Assembly: GCA_964187785.1 (NCBI GenBank)
Contig: OZ076409.1
Span: forward strand, 87,670,159 to 87,734,000
Reading direction: 5' to 3'
Length of the DNA stretch: 63,842 nt
From: Amphiscolops sp. MND2022
Taxonomy: Eukaryota
The position numbers and the translations under genes were made by a program. The first letter of the stretch is position 1, and each line of letters starts with the position of its first letter. The notes under the pieces are model-generated. The model had not been told where the DNA came from. It did no database searches and saw only the letters and a program-made list of their open reading frames with translations. Below, in pieces: positions 59,617 through 63,842 of the stretch.

Positions 59617-62600
59617 ATGTCTTCTGACTCAGGTTGGTTTGGGTTTTCATTTTAGAACCAATTTAACTTGATCAAGGTCAAATTTGTTCACTAAATACTT
59701 CCTGTTTCCATCATTAAACACGTGACAAGCACGTTTCATTCAAATTTGTCGTACACTTCCGGAAGGTTTCTAATCGCGGTAAAATGGATTCGTATCAAGG
59801 AAGTACACCGCTAAATTTCATTCCCTTTCGTTTAGAAATTCCGCCAAAGGAGAATGCTTCTGCACCAACCTTGCCCCAAGTCAGCAGTCCTGTTAATGTT
59901 GAGGACTTGACAACATTGGTAGAGGGACACAAGCAACATAAAGCTGGCCCTTCCGAGCCTCAGCCCGGGATACAACATGGTGGCTCAGCAGGTAGTCAAG
60001 ATAGCGACACTGATGTTACTGGTTACGCTGATACTATGGTTCGACGGATGGAACAAACCCAATCCCCAGCCACAAAAGATAGTAGTCCTCCACCAACTGT
60101 CTCATCTCAGGGCCAGGAACTGACCTCAGGTACTCAGGAGTTGACGCCCACTGTACTTGAAAGGCGCAGATCGAGTACTCCTATCCATTCTGAGGAGGAG
60201 GGAAGACAAGAGGCAAACCTGTCAGCTTTGGAATCTGCCCTAGAAGTTGTCATGGTCTCTGGGTCACAGTTGCCTGAATTGAGGGATAGGGAAAATCTAA
60301 GCCAGTCGGAAGCAAGTGGCATTCAATCTAAGACTGATGAAGACAATGCCTCAACAGTCAGTGATGTACCTGCACTTCCAGGAGGCGACCCTAAAGTACG
60401 CTTCGCAGTAAGTCGCAGCGAGGAAGAAGAGTCCGCAGAGGAGTCGAGCCGGCTTGTCCCAGTGGATTTGTATGGGTATCCTTCTTTTGCCCCTGAAACT
60501 GAAACCGAGTGTGAAGGGGATACTAGCTCTGAAAAGCAACCCCCGGGGCCCAGTAACACATGCGGGACCAGTGGAAGCCTTGGTCAGGACAGGCTTCCGG
60601 ACCTTTCAGGACGCAGCAGGGCCATCCTGAAAGAATATTTTGAGGAAGCATCCCTGATCCGACTCCCTGTCGGACACACCACTGTCGCCTTCACTGAGCC
60701 CCAGGTGTACCATCTTCTGCGTACACTCACAGATGAGACTCTCCGTAGGTCCTTCAGTACTATGGAAAGAATGGTGCTCGATGCTGTACGTGGATCTCCA
60801 ACCGCACTGCCATCACGAACGTCTCATTTTCAACTTAGGGGACGAGCGCAAACCCCTGGACCTAGATCTCAGAGTGATTCCGAAACTGACAGCGACCATC
60901 CTGGGTCGGCTTCAGACCGTCCGGGATCAAGTGCGGAGGACACCGGTGGGTCATCTTTTTACGAAGAGACCGACAGTGCCACAGAGATGGACTTAATATC
61001 GAAGTCCTTCAAGCAAACTCCAGTAATTCTTCAGAGCGGAGGGATCCGGGAGGAAATAGAAGATACCCAGCAACAGGCAGAACTAGGGGCGGAAGGGTAC
61101 AGCAGCCAGGACACTACCCTGCATGAGATGCGCGAACAGGCGCAGAAGAACTTGGACGCGGGACCTTCCAAATCCAAAAAGAAGAAAGGCAATAGGAGAC
61201 TTTCCCGGAGGGGTGTTCCCATGCGAGAAGAAATTTTCTCAAAAATAGGGTGGACGAGGTCGTTCATATCCGGTCCGGCAGACCCTCTTCACAATCCCCA
61301 TATGGTCTGGTGCCATATTTGCAAGAAAAACTTTTCTATAAAGTCAAAAGGTCCATACGAGATCCTAAGACATCACCGGACAGACCGACATTTGAGACGC
61401 GACCAAAGATGGCGATACGAGCATCTACGCAGCGTAGATCCTGTTAGTGGCAAGGTGCAACATCGGGTCAGAGGCGCCAATGGCAAGATCCTGACAAAAA
61501 TCGAGTTGGCCAGTCAACTGCCCAAGTTCATCAACGTAGAACTAGTGGACATTGGAGAGAGGTTCCCCTTCTATGAGGATTTCTTGCGTGGAACCACTAC
61601 TGCTTTTGTCACCCAAGAAGCTCGTGTTAAAACCCAACTCTGTCTGGTGGGCGACTTCATAAAGACGATAGGAGATCTCACTGTCTTGAGGAATTTATGG
61701 TCCAGGATGGGAGCCTACACCAACCATCAGGCTACAGTTTGCGATTTCGACTGGGGCGAAGAGCGCATAAGTGTAAGGGTATTTCCGTTCTCTTGTTCAT
61801 AAGCTTGAATATTTCTAGTCCTAAGTAGTTTTGTTTCCTTTTCAGGCCATATTCCAGCATTTTTTCACAAGTGCCTTGAGTGACATTGCCGAACAAGTTA
61901 CCACCCAACAATGCTTCGCCATAGAGTTCGAGACTGCAGGCATTTACCGCTACATGACTGTCAAATTCTGGAAGGGCCATAAACTCTGCCGTGTCCTCAT
62001 CTGTCGAAGTTCCCTTCCCGCAACTGATGTGACGGGTGAACTTGGATCTCTGGCCCGGTTCTTGTCAGCGGTTTCGACCCAACCTGATGTGGTGGCATGT
62101 TCCGGTTGCCATGTTGACCTGGTGAAGACGATTGACCAGTCGGACTACTTCCCGCAAGGGGTTCAAAGCTGTTTCCGCTTCGAGCAGCTGTCATTGCCCA
62201 CCCTGATGCATAAGTCCAAGTACTCTGTTTTTGGCCAGATAGACTTCTTCTCTGTGCTCCAAGCTCTGATGGTGTCCTTAGGCGGTTGCCTCACAGAAGA
62301 ATGGGCGCTGCGTAGCCCAGAGCTCACTAAGGTAAGTACACCATCTCCGTCCTTTTCCTATTAGTCGTAGAATGAGTAGTGTTGGTACAGTGTGATACAG
62401 TCCTCAACATTGAAATGGGTTTTTACAGGCAGTTGTCAGTTGCAAGCTTGACATCCGGACCCTTCCAACTCTCTGTACAGAGCTTGTCAAGGAATGGAAA
62501 CTCATCCTCCAGTACTTGACAGAACATGCCCCTATACAAGGAGGTCAAGGAGTTCGCAGCAGGGTTAGACCTTATCTTATCCCTTTAATAATACTGTCAG

Positions 62601-63842
62601 ATGGGTCCAGAGAGGGGGGGGGGGTTCTGGCTTCTTTTCCTTGCTATGATACTGACGAACACTAACATAAGTGTTCTGTTTAAGGTACAGAGCTTCGAAT
62701 GGTCCCTGATCTGTGACGAGTTTTTCGTCGTCAAGCTGGAGTTCTTTAACAGGCTCACGAGTGACTGTAAGTATTTCACTTTAAGGTGAAAAGCTACGGT
62801 TTTGTTCCACTTTAGGCATTAAGCTTGTGTTTCCAGACGTGTCCAGTTTTCCCGTGAACCTCCAGCATAGACGTGATGCGTCCTTTTACCTTTGTGGGGA
62901 AGTCTGTCGGTTTCTGAGCCTGCTCTGTTCCCGCGTCTATACCCCAGATACTGCCCCCTTGGCGAATGCTTGGTTCTTGCTGCTACGCTTCCAGACTAGT
63001 GAGGCCACCTTCTTGGATGGAGAGGAGTATCTGGTGCGACTGAAGCTTACCAACAAAGTGTCATCTGCCAGTAAAGCGAAGGCCGAAGGGATGCACTTTG
63101 GCAAGAAGTCGGAGCGCCCAGCAATCCTGGCAACTACTGAGACTGTAAAGTCTGATTTCGTCAAGGACAGTCAGCAGTACGTGCAGCACCTCATTAATGA
63201 AGTTCTTCGGCAGACTGGGCTAACCACCAACATCGTGAAAGGGATGGCTACTTTTGATCCTTTCATTCTATTCAAGCGCCCTATGGACGTGGCCCTACGC
63301 CACTTTGACATCCTGTACAGTACCTTCTCCCTCCGTTCTTGGGTGTCCAGTACTAATGAGTCCTTGTGCCGGGATCAGTACATGCAGCTTCTCGATCATC
63401 TGCGGACAGCTTATAGCCCAGATTTCGACATTACTAGTGTCTCCTGTGATTTAATTGAGTTCTTGTCTGAGCTGGAGTTCCTTCGAGACCGTGACTGTTT
63501 GTTCTACCTGTTCAAACTGTGTTGTTTGTGTGCCACCACTGTCAGTCCTACATACCCTGATGTTACTTTCGGGACAGTTTCCACCGCTGGACGCCATAGC
63601 AGGTTAACTGACGTCATTCTTCCAGTTCAAAGTTATATGTCTAACGTGCGAGATGCAGTTGCTTTCTGCAGTGATGACAGAAATCTTGCCAGATTCATTG
63701 ACTTTTCTTCTTCTTTCGGGCGTTCTGCATTTGCTCCCGATTACGATCCTTGGAGCTACGTGGACACTTTTGGCCGTTCAAAGATATACAGGTCACTACT
63801 TGCTTCTTATCGTGTGGCTCTTTCTTCCCCTCAGAAGACTCT
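59617..63842 (+). CDS. Element D antisense spliced gene (3' end outside window); exons 59617-59632, 59836-61772, 61846-62331, 62429-62563, 62685-62766, 62837->63842
   Basis: Phase-compatible GT-AG introns; the spliced product is colinear with the A protein (SKIGWTRSFISGPADPLHNP, AIFQH, VQSFEWS, RRDASF, LFKLCCLC). Confidence 0.88.

Larger units (their letters stand above)
56190..63842 (-). mobile_element. Element D: 3' portion of a Gypsy element related to A (continues beyond window)
   Basis: 3' LTR, ORF3 homolog, conserved intergenic region and antisense gene homolog in the same arrangement as A; predicted TSD CCAGT. Confidence 0.9.

Overview
Eukaryotic, AT-rich, repeat-saturated DNA with no recognisable host gene. 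It is a nest of LTR retrotransposons, most of which belong to one unusual Ty3/Gypsy lineage. Element A (38278-54666, +) is complete, with a GCAAT target-site duplication (TSD). Element B (5106-26603, -) is complete but lesioned, TSD CATGA. Element C (26996-35361, +) is degenerate and internally deleted, TSD CCTTG. Element D (56190->63842, -) shows only its 3' half, and an LTR sits at 1-1535. The shared architecture is atypical. LTRs are 1.8-2.5 kb. Gag starts inside the LTR and reads through the PBS, with the CA|TGG junction forming an ATG. Pol (PR, dUTPase-like, RT, RH, IN) follows by -1 frameshift. Next comes a large antisense, intron-containing gene (about 1270-1290 aa in A) with a BED-like zinc finger and, by inference, a catalytically dead hAT-transposase-like body. 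After a divergent promoter, a small acidic sense ORF with a SUMO-interacting-like motif runs into the 3' LTR, and there is no polypurine tract. Each family also carries its own repeated motif, found in both LTR and internal promoter in A, B and D. Also present: a non-autonomous BEL/Pao element nested in B's 5' LTR, a BEL/Pao remnant, an IS630/Tc1 remnant and two MITE-like elements. Boundaries, splice sites and mismatch counts were read by eye; no searches were run.
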